A stretch of 64,000 nt of DNA from positions 7,254,001 to 7,318,000 of the forward strand of contig OZ076419.1 of assembly GCA_964187785.1 (NCBI GenBank), given 5' to 3'. A model generated the notes under the pieces. That model had not been told where the DNA came from and did not search any database. It saw only the letters and a program-made list of their open reading frames with translations. How positions within the stretch are numbered: the stretch's first letter is position 1; each line of letters begins with the position of its first letter. Positions 47,642 through 61,157 of this stretch are shown in pieces. A program made the translations under genes and the position numbers. Source of the DNA: Amphiscolops sp. MND2022 (Eukaryota).

Positions 47642-50600
47642 ATGGGTGGCGTGGGTGTTGAAGAACTTCGATTAAATTTCCACGAATATTTAATTGGAGA
47701 ACTCTGGACATTGGCGGTTGATGATTTTATCGAGATGAATTGTATATGTTAGTGTTTCACGTACGTTCAATTTAGACCGAAGCTGCTCCTGGTTTATAAA
47801 ATGCCTCTAGCATCTGCCGCTCCTAGATTTGATCAACTCAGTTTGTAAAAGCCTACATTACAACTGCTTGAATGTTCCTCTATGTAAAAAGGGAATAAAG
47901 TCTTCTAGTAGTAGTAGTAGTAGTTTCTGCAACTACCTTCTACCACTTCTACAATCTTGGAGTTTCTACCATTTCAAAGTTTATTTCAAAGTTTTTTAAT
48001 TTCAAAGTTTATTAATTGGCGCTTGTTTTTATTCTAGATTTTGAACCACAAAGCTGTAATAACAGCGACAACCACAGAGCTATCTGGAAGAGTTACGTTT
48101 CTTTGGTGAGATCATGTTTTTAATTGAGTAGTCGAGCCAAATATGAAATTCTTTCGAAGATTATACACAAGCTGTAGGAATTTAACATCGATCAATTTCG
48201 AAACTGATTATTTCGACCAACTTCAATTTGAAAATGCGTATGTAATTAGGCATGCTTGTCAAGTTGTCATGGTTGCAAGAAAGTTTTCAATAACTTTGAC
48301 ATTGACAGAGCTTTTTACCTTTCTGCGTAAATAGAGGTCGTTTCAGGTTTCTCGTCAAATCGATTACTTCTTGGAGGTTTTTGGAGTCTCTGGCTCAAAT
48401 CTCAAATCAGCTTTACAGACGGAATCTTCCACTGCTAAAATTAACCCCGTAAGTATTTTTCAAGCGACTATGTTTGATTTTTTCTATCTTTAAATGGATT
48501 AGACAGTTCCTCAATTTGAGCTAATTCATTTCGTCTGCTTCGTTTTAAGTTTCAAGTTTCTTGATGTAATAATTATCACTGATTTGATACTTCAGAATTA
48601 CAATTACCTCTAGCTTTCATGTTTAGAGTTTCAAGTAGAAGTTCTCGAAATTAGTTGAATATAAGTTGAAAGTTTTTCATTAGAAGTATTGTACCTCAAT
48701 AAAGTTGGAGACTGCATTCATTTTCGGAAAAAGCCGCCTAGAAACTCAACAGGAGCATTTTGAAACTCCTTTGTACCCCAAAAGTTTTTGAATATTCTAG
48801 CAACGAGCTGTGCTCCATGTCGGGGATGGATTTTTGCGCATTTTGGGATGTCCGTGCATTTTTGGCGATACCAGTGCTGACACTTATCGCATTGCATCGA
48901 CTCATCTTCTGGTGCTCGCCAGTCGTCTTGATCGATGAGCCATTATTATATGAAACTATTTAACAAGTTTTCTATATTACTAAAAACATTACTAAACTAT
49001 AGTAAACAACCTGAAGCTTCTGCTGACACTTGAGACAACAACTTGTACATCAGACAACAACGGCCTTGCATTAATACTCGCGACGAGTTCCGCAGTAGAG
49101 CCCTCTCTTATGCATTCTGAAACCGCCCCATCCCTTCCGACCTATGGTGTTCCTGACAGCTCGCTGTCGTATATCAGTTACAACTCATTGTATTTCTATT
49201 GTGATTGTATCGTTTGATGTCTTTTATATATTTTTAGACAAACATGACTGATGATGATCTGTTCAAGGATCGAAAAGCTTTTCAAAATTGCATTGTCTTC
49301 TATTTCTCAATTTTACTAAACTATGTTTTTTGAAGAAACGTTGGGAACGTTAAAAAAGGTAAATTTCTGTGATTTTGAATGGGTCGCTTTTCTGTTGAAA
49401 AAAAAACGCCACCCTGCTGGGACTGATCGTCAAATATTTTGCAGTAATCCTTTGGAGTTCCAAAGTGCTGGTTGTGCACAAACTCTACTACTTGTTTCCG
49501 AAGAGGTTGAACTTCAATAGTTGAAGCTCCCATTAATTTTTAAGGTGTTGAACTATGGTTTTCATTGCTTCTATGCGGAGAACGAATTATTCTAGAGGCC
49601 GTGGTGGACCACGATGTTATTTAAGATTCTGAGACTTGTTTCCAGATTTAACTTCTAGAAGGTTTTGGCAGTAGGATGCAAGCTAACATCTGGAACTACA
49701 AAAACATTGTCTCGTGTAGTTTTTCGTAATGCGGGAGGTGCTTTATTAACGGCTCTTGGCAGAGAAACAGCTCCAATCGCCTAAACCATTTCGATGGACT
49801 TCGTCCTCCGCGCCGACCCTGGGATAAGTTGGAGTTTTTATCTTTTCAGCGGACCAGCATAGGCCAGAAAGATGAAAAAGTTCTTCGGAAAAATGATTTC
49901 AATAAATTGAGAAAGTAGTTCCAACTAAACATGTCTAAAAATTCTCTGCAGAAGTGGAAAAGCACCGTTAAAATACAAGGTTTACCGCTTTGGAGAATGT
50001 TAGGAAATGTATCACTTTTTAATTAGTAGAGAGATAATTGGGGCAAAAATTCCCCATTATAACCATTGAGAGGTCAAAAGGTATTTTAATCAAAGAATAA
50101 CAGGAGATTTATCAACAGCATTTGCCAGTATAAAGCATTTTAATCATTTTTATTCAATTCAGGAGCTTTCTTTTTTCATGAGGTCAGTAGAGTTTCGATG
50201 TGAAACTTTCGTTCAAGTAACATTTTCGATTTGAATGGCATGCTTTAACATACCACCCGCCTTGATTCAATCGAATCAAAATGAGTATCAATCGAATCGA
50301 ATGAGTATGAGAAGCAGCTTTCATCGTGAGAAGCAGGACGATTATGTTTGTCAGTTGGATGAGTTTTTTTGTAGTTCATGAGAATATCAAAATCTATTAG
50401 AATTTTGCCTTTTTACAAAAGATGCCTGTTGTCTGATTTAGTCCCAATTAATCTAAGTGTTATATATAATCAATTAGAACCGGTGCATCTACGTACTCAA
50501 AATTTCGGAAGCCGTACTCAACATTTTGGAACTATACTGTATAGTATGATCCAGTCAAGATGTTAGTAATTTTTCAGAAACTGGTCCAGATTTGTAAATT

Positions 50601-51225
50601 ATGAAAGACGAGCGGAAATGTCTCGACTTAAAATCAGGTCTGATAAAAACCTTTGAATATTTTTATAAATAAACTTTTTATTTTCCGACCCCATAATTTA
50701 TTGTGTAGGGGAGGAAAATTATAATCTGTGTTGCGTTTTTTTTCAAATTCTGCCAAATCTCCACTTTTTACTCATTTTAAATTTAATATTGCGTTTTATT
50801 AAGGAGGAGGCAGAGATTCGAAAACAAGCGCTCTCATTGATCCTAGCACGCTATATCCGAACGTTTGACGTTATATCCGAAGTGAATTGCGTTTTACCAA
50901 AGAGGAGGTAAATTTTCGATTTCGGCTTTCAACTGAAGGCGGAAAGTATCCCGGTGCATAGCGGGTGTCTTGTTCATAATTGGAATGTAGTAAAAGAGAA
51001 GTTAATGACAATTAATTGAGTATTTAGGATAAATTGCGGCAAGTGTTGGCCGGAGAAGACACTAGTGATGGCTTTAATCTATTCGTCAACATCATGATAT
51101 CTAAACGCATAGCTCTAGACAGACTCACGGCTGAAATCATGGCCCAGATCGCTGAGAGTGAAAGCAGCACCGACTCCAAGTCTACGAGTTCCCCCGCCAA
51201 AACCAAATCCCAGATTCAAGGTTAG
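47642..51225 (+). CDS. CFAP36: Host gene: BART-domain protein, CFAP36/ARL2BP-like, four coding exons (47642-47747, 48038-48105, 48347-48448, 51028-51220/51225)
   Basis: GT-AG introns with phases 1, 0, 0 give MGGVGVEELRLNFHEYLIGELWTLAVDDFIEMNCIYFEPQSCNNSDNHRAIWKSYVSLVSRQIDYFLEVFGVSGSNLKSALQTESSTAKINPDKLRQVLAGEDTSDGFNLFVNIMISKRIALDRLTAEIMAQ. This aligns by eye with the CFAP36 N-terminal BART domain (W..P..DF.E..C.VF...IH.EY..LV...L...G...VLAAEDF..F..MM..K). It either stops at 51225 (157 aa) or splices at GTTAGT 51221. The symbol is family-level only. Confidence 0.72.
48800..48945 (-). pseudogene. PHD-finger-like fragment in intron 3
   Basis: ESMQCDKCQHWYRQKCTDIP resembles the second half of a PHD finger (MIQCD.C..WYH..C). 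The first Cys pair and one His are absent. Confidence 0.4.
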
Positions 51226-51589
51226 TTGGACTGAATTCATCCTTTTTCTACCTATTAGGTGATGACCTAATCAGAGTCAAGTATTCCATCTGAATTTTGG
51301 TGCGTCTGTTCGTCCGTTCGGTTTAGATCATTTAGAAACCATCAAGCTAAAGTCCAGAGGAAACCTTGTAACCGTCCGCTGTTTTCTTTTTTGAAGGAAT
51401 TATCTGAAATCAATTTTGTTTTAGTGGGCAAGGATCCGTTGAAATTGACACGCTATACGTGTCGTCTCGGATCCCCTTCATTGTTGCTATCCCGTTCGAT
51501 ATTTTAATGTATGATAATTTGCGATATTTTGAAGAAACCTTCAATAGGAAATTTAGGTTCAACAAGAAATTCAGGATGGAAAAATAGTT

Positions 51590-52950
51590 CATGCAGTCTT
51601 GTTGGATTTATCAAAAGCTTTTGACTCACTTTCACATGAAATCCTTTTGTCTGAACTCAAGTCTCTTGGTTTCTCATCTTCGGCCATCAGCTTTATAAAA
51701 AGTTTCCTCCGTGATAGACTGCAGCAGGTTTCATTGAATGGTGTCAAATCGGATTGGATAGAACTGAAACAAGGCGTTCCCCAGGGCACAATTTTAGGAC
51801 CACTGCTCTTCAACCTATATGTCAATGACCTGACTGGACAGATAACGGATGATGCTCGTATTATCCAGTACGCCGATGATTGTTTGCTTTTTTGTAGTCA
51901 CCAGGACCCTGACATTGCTTTGCAATGTTTGCAAACAAATATTTTGAAACTTGAAAGTTACTTTAAGTCCCACCGACTAAATTTGAATGGCAGTAAAACA
52001 GAATTCATAACTTTTTCTCGTAAAAATGACAAGAGGCAGCTAAACTCCGAAACAGTTGTGTGCTCCTCAGTTGTCAAGAAGAAATGTGAATGTAAATTTC
52101 TTGGAAGAACGTTAGATCAACACTTGACTTTCCAAACCCAGGTAAAAAAAGGCTCTAAAAAACATGGCAGTTGGAATAAAAACTATAGAATCTATACAAC
52201 ACAAATTTCCGACCACAGGCTTAGTCATGCTTTTCCACGCGCTAATAATCAGTCATTTCGAATACTCTGCGATTTTTTTCACTCAAATATTCCCTCCTTT
52301 ACTACTTTTCCTTGAGAAACCGATGAACTGGGCATTGAAATCTGTCTACTTCCGTTCGAGCTTTAAATCGAGTGATCTGAGAGAGAGAAAAAAAGAAAAT
52401 AATTGGAATAAAGCAACTTATCGAGTTGAAATCTCTAGTATTTCTGTTCCAATATCTCAAAATTACTTAAAAAAGCCTTCCAGAGCACTTCAAAATTACC
52501 TACGGCGATTTTAGGTGGAACAATTGCACTAATCAGATGATATACGTGGGAAGTCATGTATCTCTCTTCAGTTCTTTCTTTCATCATTCTTCTTCGGAGT
52601 GGAACTCACTACCGTTGTACTTGAGAGACACTAGTATAAGTCTACACACATTCAAAAGTCGTCTCAGAAAGCATCTAACTTTGGAAAGTAGTCGTATGCC
52701 TATCCATACATCTCATACATGGCGTGAGTTCCGCTTCACCTGATTTATCGCCCTGTAAAACTTGAAAAAATCATATATGCTTCAGCATAAATCAATCTAC
52801 ACTTATTGTATACTGGCATCAGCTATCCCTATACAATAATACAGTGTTTTCTCTCTTTCTCATAGTAATGAACCTTGAAGATTCAATTTCCTACATTAAC
52901 AATCGTGACTAGAAGTTAAATCTGTGACTGGAGTTCCCTTGGGTTTGATT
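51590..52950 (+). pseudogene. 5'-truncated LINE RT fragment (CR1/L2 group) with 3' UTR; 3' part duplicated at ~55795-56150
   Basis: LDLSKAFDSL, QGVPQGTILGPLLFNLYVND and QYADD. C-terminus SSSEWNSLPLYLRD...FKSRLRKHL. Confidence 0.9.
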
Positions 52951-53897
52951 TAAATTGGATGAGAGGTCGGTTGTTCTAAATGGTTCTTAGCTAGTTTTTT
53001 GTAGTTCTAGGATTGCTCAAATTAAAAGTATCTTCGTCTTTTTTTGAAGACTTGCAGTTTAAACTAACTGTTTAAAGTTAACAATTTACATTATTTTATC
53101 AATTAGCACAATTGGAGTAGAAGTTAGCTGGAGGGTTTCAGAAGCAAAGTTAGAAGGGTGAAGTTGAGAGAAGAGCAAGAACTGCTTTCTTCTTCGGAGT
53201 TAGTTTGTTGAATGATCAAGAATTTTTTTCTTGCGCTTTTCGAAAGGTTCAACAAGTTTTTCTCATGAATTTTGTCAAGAGGTAAATAATTGAGAAGCTT
53301 CGAGGGTAAATTCTAACATGAATTGTAGTTAATCAGGGATGTTTTGAGCAAGTTATAACAGCGAGATGATATAATTGAACAAGCTGTAGCACTTTTGTTT
53401 CTAGAATACAGATATAGTATAAAAACAAACAACAAGATACGGCAGGGTTATGATTATTGAATGACTTACTATCCTTCAGTACCTTTATCAGTACAGATAT
53501 AATGTCGGGACAAGCAACAAGTTACAGCAGCACTATTGTTTCAAGGGGGTTTTGCAAATGACAAGTTTTAATTGTTTTGTTGAGTAGATACTGCTTGCCA
53601 ATAGTGTAAACCAGTCAATTAGTGAATTTTAGTCATTCAGTGTAACTAATCATCCATTGGTGTAATATGAGAAAAGTGTAAAACTGTATTTATAATACTA
53701 ACTCACTGTGATTGGTTATTAATGCAAGTCGCAAGATCTGGGAACTTGCTTGCGGGGATATGTATCGTAATGTGTTTCATGTTTTTCTGTTTTGTTTTGG
53801 CTTGTTATATCTGATCCTTCCTATGTGGAATTGTGTCCTCACAATTCGTTTGATTGGTCCATTCAAGAATTGAACAGCATGTACAACTGAGGGTTTT

Positions 53898-55072
53898 CTA
53901 TGCGGCCTTGCTTTGCTGGGCGGCCATCAGATGTACTTGGCAGGCATTCGCTGCATAACAGGCGGCGGGAGAGTACTTGGCTGGCATAACAGGCTGCAGG
54001 AGAGCTGAAGGGCTGTGAGACCACAGTGGTCGTGATCTAGGCGAAGAGGAGGATGCATATGAACCCGCTTTGTTTGTGATTAGAGGTACAAGTCGCGCCG
54101 CATCGTGGTCCAAGGGCCCAGTGAGGGTCTTTTTGTCGGCGTGCATGAGTCGGAAGTTTGCATTCGCCTGCAAGGACAGGAATGTAGAATCAGCATCGGA
54201 TTTACAACACAGGAAGTGATGCAGTGTCATCGGGTGTAGTTTCAGCTTCGAAGTCGGTCGGCAGCGACGTTAAATGTCTTAGGAGGAGTTGAATAGCGGC
54301 GTCTGGTGATGTAATATTCTTGCGTTTGAGCTATGACTTGAGGTCGTTGATTTCCTCAATTCGTCGGATGGATTCTTACAGCAACTTAATATGCGTGACT
54401 CGAAGCTCTTCGAGAGTGGCCTTCCAGCGTTTGAATTCTGACTGGGAGTTTGCTAGGGAGTTTCGTATTCTAATGGCTTCCTGGCTGGCTTGTTCAAACA
54501 GATCAAAGTTTTTCATGGCTTCTTCTCAAGCTTCGCAAAAGGCAGTATTTAAGAGGTCCACGGATGAGAAATTAGTCAATATAGAGCACCAGTCATCGAG
54601 AGCTTTATCGATCGTTAGTTCACATTGAATCGCGCTGTCATCAGTGCCGGGGTGTACTTTGGGGGGTTCAGGGTCATGGCAAAGGTAGTTGTTGGTGGGA
54701 AGAGCTACGATACATGTGGAGTCTGAGGTTAGCGGGGGCCTTTTGCCAATTTGATGCCACGAAGGACGGAAGGGGCTGTTGGTGTTGATGTGCACCACCT
54801 ATTAGTGGGGAAGGAGCTGCGTGACCCGGTATTGCACATGTTCCACGAGATAGACGTTGTCACCAACACAGAGGGGGTGAACTCGTCCAGAACAAGTTTG
54901 CACCGGAAAAGGGTGTATTCCGGAACTCCGGCATTGAAGAACTGGAAGGAAGCCCTAGACAGAATAAAATGATTTACTAATTTTATTTTATTAGAACCCT
55001 GTTATACTGAGCAGAGTAACATACGAATACGTGTGTAATGCAGCTGAGACGTACGGGTGCGTACGAGTGCAT
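53898..55072 (-). pseudogene. Spliced coiled-coil gene of the array, copy 1 (exon 55072-55025, 70-nt intron, exon 54954-53898)
   Basis: MHSYAPVRLSCITHVF|GFLPVLQCRSSG is in frame across GTATGT...TCTAG. The coiled coil reads FEQASQEAIRIRNSLANSQSEFKRWKATLEELRV. Several stops. Confidence 0.65.
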
Positions 55073-57554
55073 GAGTTACAGGGACGTTGGCGACTGTTTT
55101 AAGTTAGTTTGTTGAGTGATAATGAATAATTTTTCTTGCGCTTTTCGAAAGGTTCAACAAGTTTCCTCATGAATATTGTCAAGAGTTAAATAAATAGAAG
55201 CTTCGAGGCAGAAATCATAACATGAATTGTAGAATTGTAGTTAACAAGGGATGTTTTGAGCAAGTTAAAACAGGGGGGTTATATAATTGAACAAGATGTA
55301 GCACTTCCTTTTACCGTACAAATATAGTGAGAACGAACAAGTTATGGCAGGCTTATGGTTATTGAATGAGTTACTATGCTTTTATCAGTATAGATATATT
55401 GTGGTGCCAAGCAACTAGACGTGGACAGCTGATAAGAGATTCCAGAAGGCAGGAAAGTGTAAAAAAATTGAAGTTACTTTGTGATTGGAGGAGCTTAAAG
55501 TAATTTGAATGGAACTAAACAAATTTCTCTTCAACTTGGCAGTCAGTGACAAAAACAGCAGATGAACAAAATCAAAAGCAAAAAATTTTCAGGCAGCTTG
55601 CAAGAGACTCAGTTGCTCATTTATTTCGAAGGAATAGGAAAACTTTCTTATTGATGACTCTTCAGTTGTGGTAATTCATATCTGTTAAGGTGTACACCAT
55701 CCGATCGTAACACATTTTCGCACGACATGTTAGATGCCACATCGACATATATGTATCGGTAGGTTTCTTCAGACAAAAGATTATTGAATTGGCACAATTC
55801 TTCTTCGAAGTGGAACTCACTACCGTTGTACTTGAGAGACACTATTATAAGCCTACACACATTCAAAAGTCGTCTCAGAAAGCATCTAACTTTGGAAAGT
55901 AGTCGTATGCCTATCCATACATCTCATACATGGCGTGAATTCCGCTTCACCTGATTTATCGCCCTGTAGAACTTGAAAAAATCATATATGCTTCAGCATA
56001 AATCAATCTAGACTTATTGTATACTGGCATCAGCTATCCCTATACAATAATACAGTGTTTTTTCTCTCTCTCATAGTAACGAACCTTGAAGATTCAATTT
56101 CCTACATTAACAACCGTGACTAGAAGTTAAATCTGTGACTGGAGTTCCCTTGGGTTTGATTTAAATTTTGATGCGAGGTCGGTTGTTTTAAATGGTTCTT
56201 AGCTAGTTTTTTTGTAGTTCTAGGATTGCTCAAATTGAAAGTATCTTCGTTTTTTTTTATGAATTCTTGCAGTTCAAACTAACTGTTTAATGTTAACATT
56301 TTACATTATTTTATCAATTAGCACAACTGGAGTAGAAGTTAGCTGGAGGGTTTCAGAAGCAAAGTTAGAAGGGTGAAGTTGAGAGAAGAGCAAGAACTGC
56401 TTTCTTTTTCGGAGTTAGTTTGTTGAATGATCAAGATTTTTTCTTGCGCTTTTCGAAAGGTTCAACAAGTTTTTCTCATGAATTTTGTCAAGAGGTAAAT
56501 AATTGAGAATCTTCGAGGGTAAAATCTAACATGAATTGTAGTTAATCAGGGATGTTTTGAGCAAGTTAAAACAGCGAGATGATATAATTGAACAAGCTGT
56601 AGCACTTTTGTTTTTAGAATACGGATATAGTATAAGAACAAACAACAAGATACGGCAGGGTTGTGGCTATTGAATGACTTACAATCCTTCAGTACCTTTA
56701 TCAGTACAGATATAATGTCGGGACAAGCAACAAGTTACAGCAGCACTATTGTTTCAAGGGGTTTTGCAAATGACAAGTTTTAGTTGTTTCGTTGAGTAGA
56801 TACTGCTTGCCAGTAGTGTAAACCAGTCAATTAGTGAATTTTAGTCATTCAGTGTAACTAATCATCCATTGGTGTAATATGAGAAAAGTGTAAAACTGTT
56901 TTTATAATAATAACTCACTGTGATTGGTTATTAATGCAAGTCGCAAGATCTGGGAACTTGCTTGCGGGGATTTGTATCGTAATGTGTTTTGTTATGTTTT
57001 TCTGTTTTGTTTTGGCTTGTTATATCTGGTCCTTCCTATGTGGAATTGTGTCCTCACAATTTGTTTGATTGGTCCATTCAAGAATTGAACAGGCTGAGGG
57101 TTTTCTATGCGGCCTTGCTTTGCTGGGCGGCCATCAGATCTACTTGGCAGGCATTCGGTGCATAACAGGCGGCGGGAGAGTACTTATATAATTTAACAAG
57201 ATATAGCACTTCTTTTTACCGTACAAATGTAGTGAGAACGAACAAGTTATGGCAGGCTTATGGTTATTGAATGAGTTACTATGCTTTTATCAGTATAGAT
57301 ATATTGTGGTGCCAAGCAACTAGACGTGGACAGCTGATGAGAGATTCCAGAAGGCAGCAAAGTGTAAAAAAAATTGAAGTTACTTTCATGATTGAAGGAG
57401 CTTAAAGTAAATTGAATGGAACTAAACAAGCTTCTCTTCAACTTGGCAGTCAGTGACAAAAACAGCAGATGAACAAAATCGAAAGCAAAAAATTTTCATG
57501 CAGCTTGCAAGAGACTCAGTTGCTCATTTATTTCGAAGGAATAGGAAAACTTTC

Positions 57555-58077
57555 TTATTGATGACTCTTTAGTTGTGGTAATTCATATCTGTTTAGGTGT
57601 ACACCATCCGATCGTAACACATTTTCGCACGACATGTTAGATGCCACATCGACATATATGTATCGGTAGGTTTCTTCAGACAAAAGATTATTGAATTGGC
57701 ACATGGAATTAAATTTTTTCTCCTGGGCATACCCATGACAAATACTCGAAATACCGAGTTCATGCATGTATTTCGCAATTTAATCTATGTGAACTTTAAC
57801 TTCCTTGGGGCACATCTGTTGCCTTGCTGAGCCATTCACAGTTTGTGAAAATCCGTTTCCTCCAAGAAAAAAAATAAATGTGATATTCTTCGAGATTGTT
57901 GGTTCTCAAATAACTACCTACGTCCTCTGCGCGACCTCTAGAAATGGAAACCTTATCGCATTCCTGCATTGAGAAGTCTCATATCAGGGAGTCACCAATC
58001 AACAATGTATTGGTATTCGGGAAAATTCTTTCATACACTCGAAATGTAAATCCATCAATTCGCGATGATGGATCCAT
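57555..58077 (-). pseudogene. Stand-alone SGNH/GDSL hydrolase, ~175 codons (two stops, one frameshift)
   Basis: Block I LLIGDSL, block II SIS(G)G, block III LGGNG and block V RSDGVHLN. A C-terminal remnant also lies at 55648-55790. Confidence 0.82.
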
Positions 58078-58913
58078 TAAAAACGAAATCCATCATCACA
58101 ATGATTGAAAACAAAAACAAAAACATGAAGCTCATAAATCAAATAAACTGTTTCCCCATACAATTTTTTAGATCACAATGCAAGGTAAACGCGAAACAAA
58201 TTGACAGTATAGAGTTTATATTAGCGTGTGTTCGATCTGGTTTTGACAAAAGCCATTATCTTGAGCTCTGAACAATACATAAATATGGATCACAATGATA
58301 TGAAAGATAGATTTCTAGAGAGTACAGTTTGATAGCAGAAGTAGAAAAATAAAAACCGACGAGAAAATTTAAGATGTTGAACAAATTTCAAATTCAGATT
58401 CGAAAACAATTTTAAAATAATAATTGAAGTGTGTTTCTTTACAAAGAAAAGCAGAATTTTCAATCGATGGACGCCGGGTATTTCTCTTGACGAAGACAAA
58501 TTTTATAAGTCAATAAAAAAGTTAGTTAGCAAGTTAAAACAGCGAGATGATATAATTGAACATTTTGTAGCACTTTTGTTTTTAGAGTACAGATATAGTA
58601 TAAGAACAAACAACAAGATACGGCAGGGGTTTGGTTATTGAATGACTTACTATCATTTATTAATTTTATCAGTAAAGATATAATATCGTGACAAGCAACA
58701 AGTTACAACAGCACTTTTGTTTCAAGGGGGTTTTGCAAATGACAAGTTTCAATTGTTTTTGTTGGGTAGAAACTTGCTTGTTTTGTTATGTTTTAATGTT
58801 TTGTTTGTAGTTTTGGCTTGTTATATCTGGTCCTTCCTTCGTGGAATTGTGTCCTCACAATTTGATTGATTGGTCCATTCAAGATTTGAACAGCATGTAC
58901 AACTGAGGGTATT

Positions 58914-60057
58914 CTATGCGGCCTTGCTTTGCTGGGCGGCCATCAGATGTACTTGGCGGGCATTCGGGGCTTAACAGGCTGCAGGAGAGAAGATCCTGAA
59001 GGCCTGTGAGACTACAGTGGTCGTAAACTAGGCGAAGAGGAGGATGCATATGAACCTGCTTTATGTTTGTGATTAGAGGTACAAGTCGCGCCGCATCGTG
59101 GTCCAAGGGGCCAGTGAGGGTATTTTTGTCGGCGTGTATGAGTCGGAGTTTTGCATTCGCCTGCAAGGACAGGAATGTAGAATCAGCATCGGATTTACAA
59201 CACAGGAAGTGATAGTGTCATCGGGTGTAGTTTCAGCTTCGAAGTCGGTCGGCAGCGACGTTAAATGTCTTAGGAGTTGAATAGCGGCGTCGGGTGATGT
59301 ATTCTTGCGTTTGAGCTGTGACTTGAGGTCGTTGATTTCCTCAATTCGGTGGATGGATTCTTACATCAACTTACTATGCGTGACTCGAAGCTCTTCGAAA
59401 GTGGCCTTCCAGCGTTTGGATTCTGACTGGGCGTTTGCTAGGGAGTTTCGTATTCTAATGGCTTCCTGGCTGGCTTGTTCAAACAGATAAAAGTTTTTCA
59501 TGGCTTCCTCTCAAGCTTCGCAAAAGGCAGTATTTAAGTGGTCCACGGATGAGAAATTAGTCAATATAGAGCACCAGTCATCGAGAGCTTTATCGATCGT
59601 TAGTTCACATTGAATCGAGCTGTCATCAGTGCCGGGGTGTTCTTTGGGGGGTTCAGGGTCGGGGCAAAGGCAAATGTTGGTGGGAAGAGCTACGATACAT
59701 GTGGAGTCTGAGGTTAGCGGGGGCCCTTTGCCAATTTGATGCCACGAACGACGGAAGGGGCTGTTGGTGTTGATGCGCACCACCTGTTAGTGGGGAAGGA
59801 GCTGTGTGACCCGGTATTGCACATGTTCCACGAGATAGACGTTGTCACCAACACAGAGGGGGTGAACTCGTCCAGAACAAGTTTGCACCGGAAAAGGCGT
59901 GTTTTCCGGAACTCCGGCATTGAAGAACTGGAAGGAAGCCCTAGACAGAAAAAAGTGGTTACTAATTTTATTTCATTAGAACCCTGTTATACTGAGCAGA
60001 GTAACATACGAATACGTGTGTAATGCAGCTGAGACGTACGGGTGCGTACAAGTGCAT
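58914..60057 (-). pseudogene. Spliced coiled-coil gene, copy 2
   Basis: Homologous to 53898-55072 with the same intron ends. Confidence 0.65.
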
Positions 60058-60603
60058 GAGTTACAGGGACGCTGGCGACTGTTTTAAGTTAGTTTGTTGA
60101 AGGATAAAGAATAATTTTTCTTGCGCTTTTTGGAAGGTTCAACAAGTTTCCTCATGAATATTGTCAAGAGTTAAATGAATAGAAGCTTCGAGGCTGAAAT
60201 CATAACATGAATTGTAGAATTGTAGTTAACAAGGGATGTTTTGAGCAAGGTAAAACAGGGGGGTTATATAATTGAACAAGATATAGCACTTCTTTTTACC
60301 GTACAAATATAGTGAGAACGAACAGGTTATAGCAGGCTTATGGTTATTGAATGAGTTACTATGCTTTTATCAGTATAGATAAAATGTGGGGCCAAGCAAC
60401 TAGACGTGGACAGCTGATAAGAGATTCCAGAAGGCAGGAAAGTGTAAAAAAAGTTGAAGTTACTTTCGTGATTGGAGGAGCTTAAAGTAAATTGAATGGA
60501 ACTTAACAAATTTCTCTTCAACTTGGCAGTCAGTGACAAAAACAGCAGATGAACAAAATCAAAAGCAAAAAATTTTCAGGCAGCTTGCAAGAGACTCGGT
60601 TCC

Positions 60604-61157
60604 TCATTTATTTCGAAGGAATAGGAAAACTTTTATATTGATGACTGTCTTCAGGTGTGGTAATTCATATCTGTTTAGGTGTACACCATCCGATCGTAAC
60701 ACATTTTCGCACGACATGTTAGATGCCACACCGACATAAATGTATTGGTAGGTTTCTTCAGACAAAAGACTTTTGAATTGGCACATGGAATTAAATTTTT
60801 CCTCCTGGGAATACCCATGACAAATACTCGAAATACCGAGTTCATGCATGTATTTCGCAATTGAATCTATGTGAACTTTAACTTCCTTGGGGCACATCTG
60901 TTGCCTTGCTGAGCCATTCAGTTTGTGAAAATCCGTTTCCTCCAAGAAAAACTATAAAAGTGATATTCGTCGAGATTGTTGGTTCTCAAATAACTACCTA
61001 CGTCCTCTGCGCGACCTCCAGAAATGGAAACCTTATCGCATTCCTGCATTGAGAAGTCTCGTATCAGGGAGTCACCAATCAACAATGTACTGGTATTCGG
61101 GAAAATTCTTTCATACACTCGAAATGTAAATCCATCAATTCGCGATGATGGATCCAT
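60604..61157 (-). pseudogene. SGNH hydrolase, copy 2 (frameshifted)
   Basis: LLIGDSLIRD, SISGGR and DGVHLN in ORFs 60918-61157 and 60604-60945. Confidence 0.82.

Noticed and set aside
57555-60057. Array unit as a plain LINE ORF1 (coiled coil + esterase)
   Set aside because: The two parts have their own starts and stops, are separated by ~830 bp of AT-rich non-coding DNA, one has an intron, and no EN/RT follows. An ultimate TE origin is not excluded.
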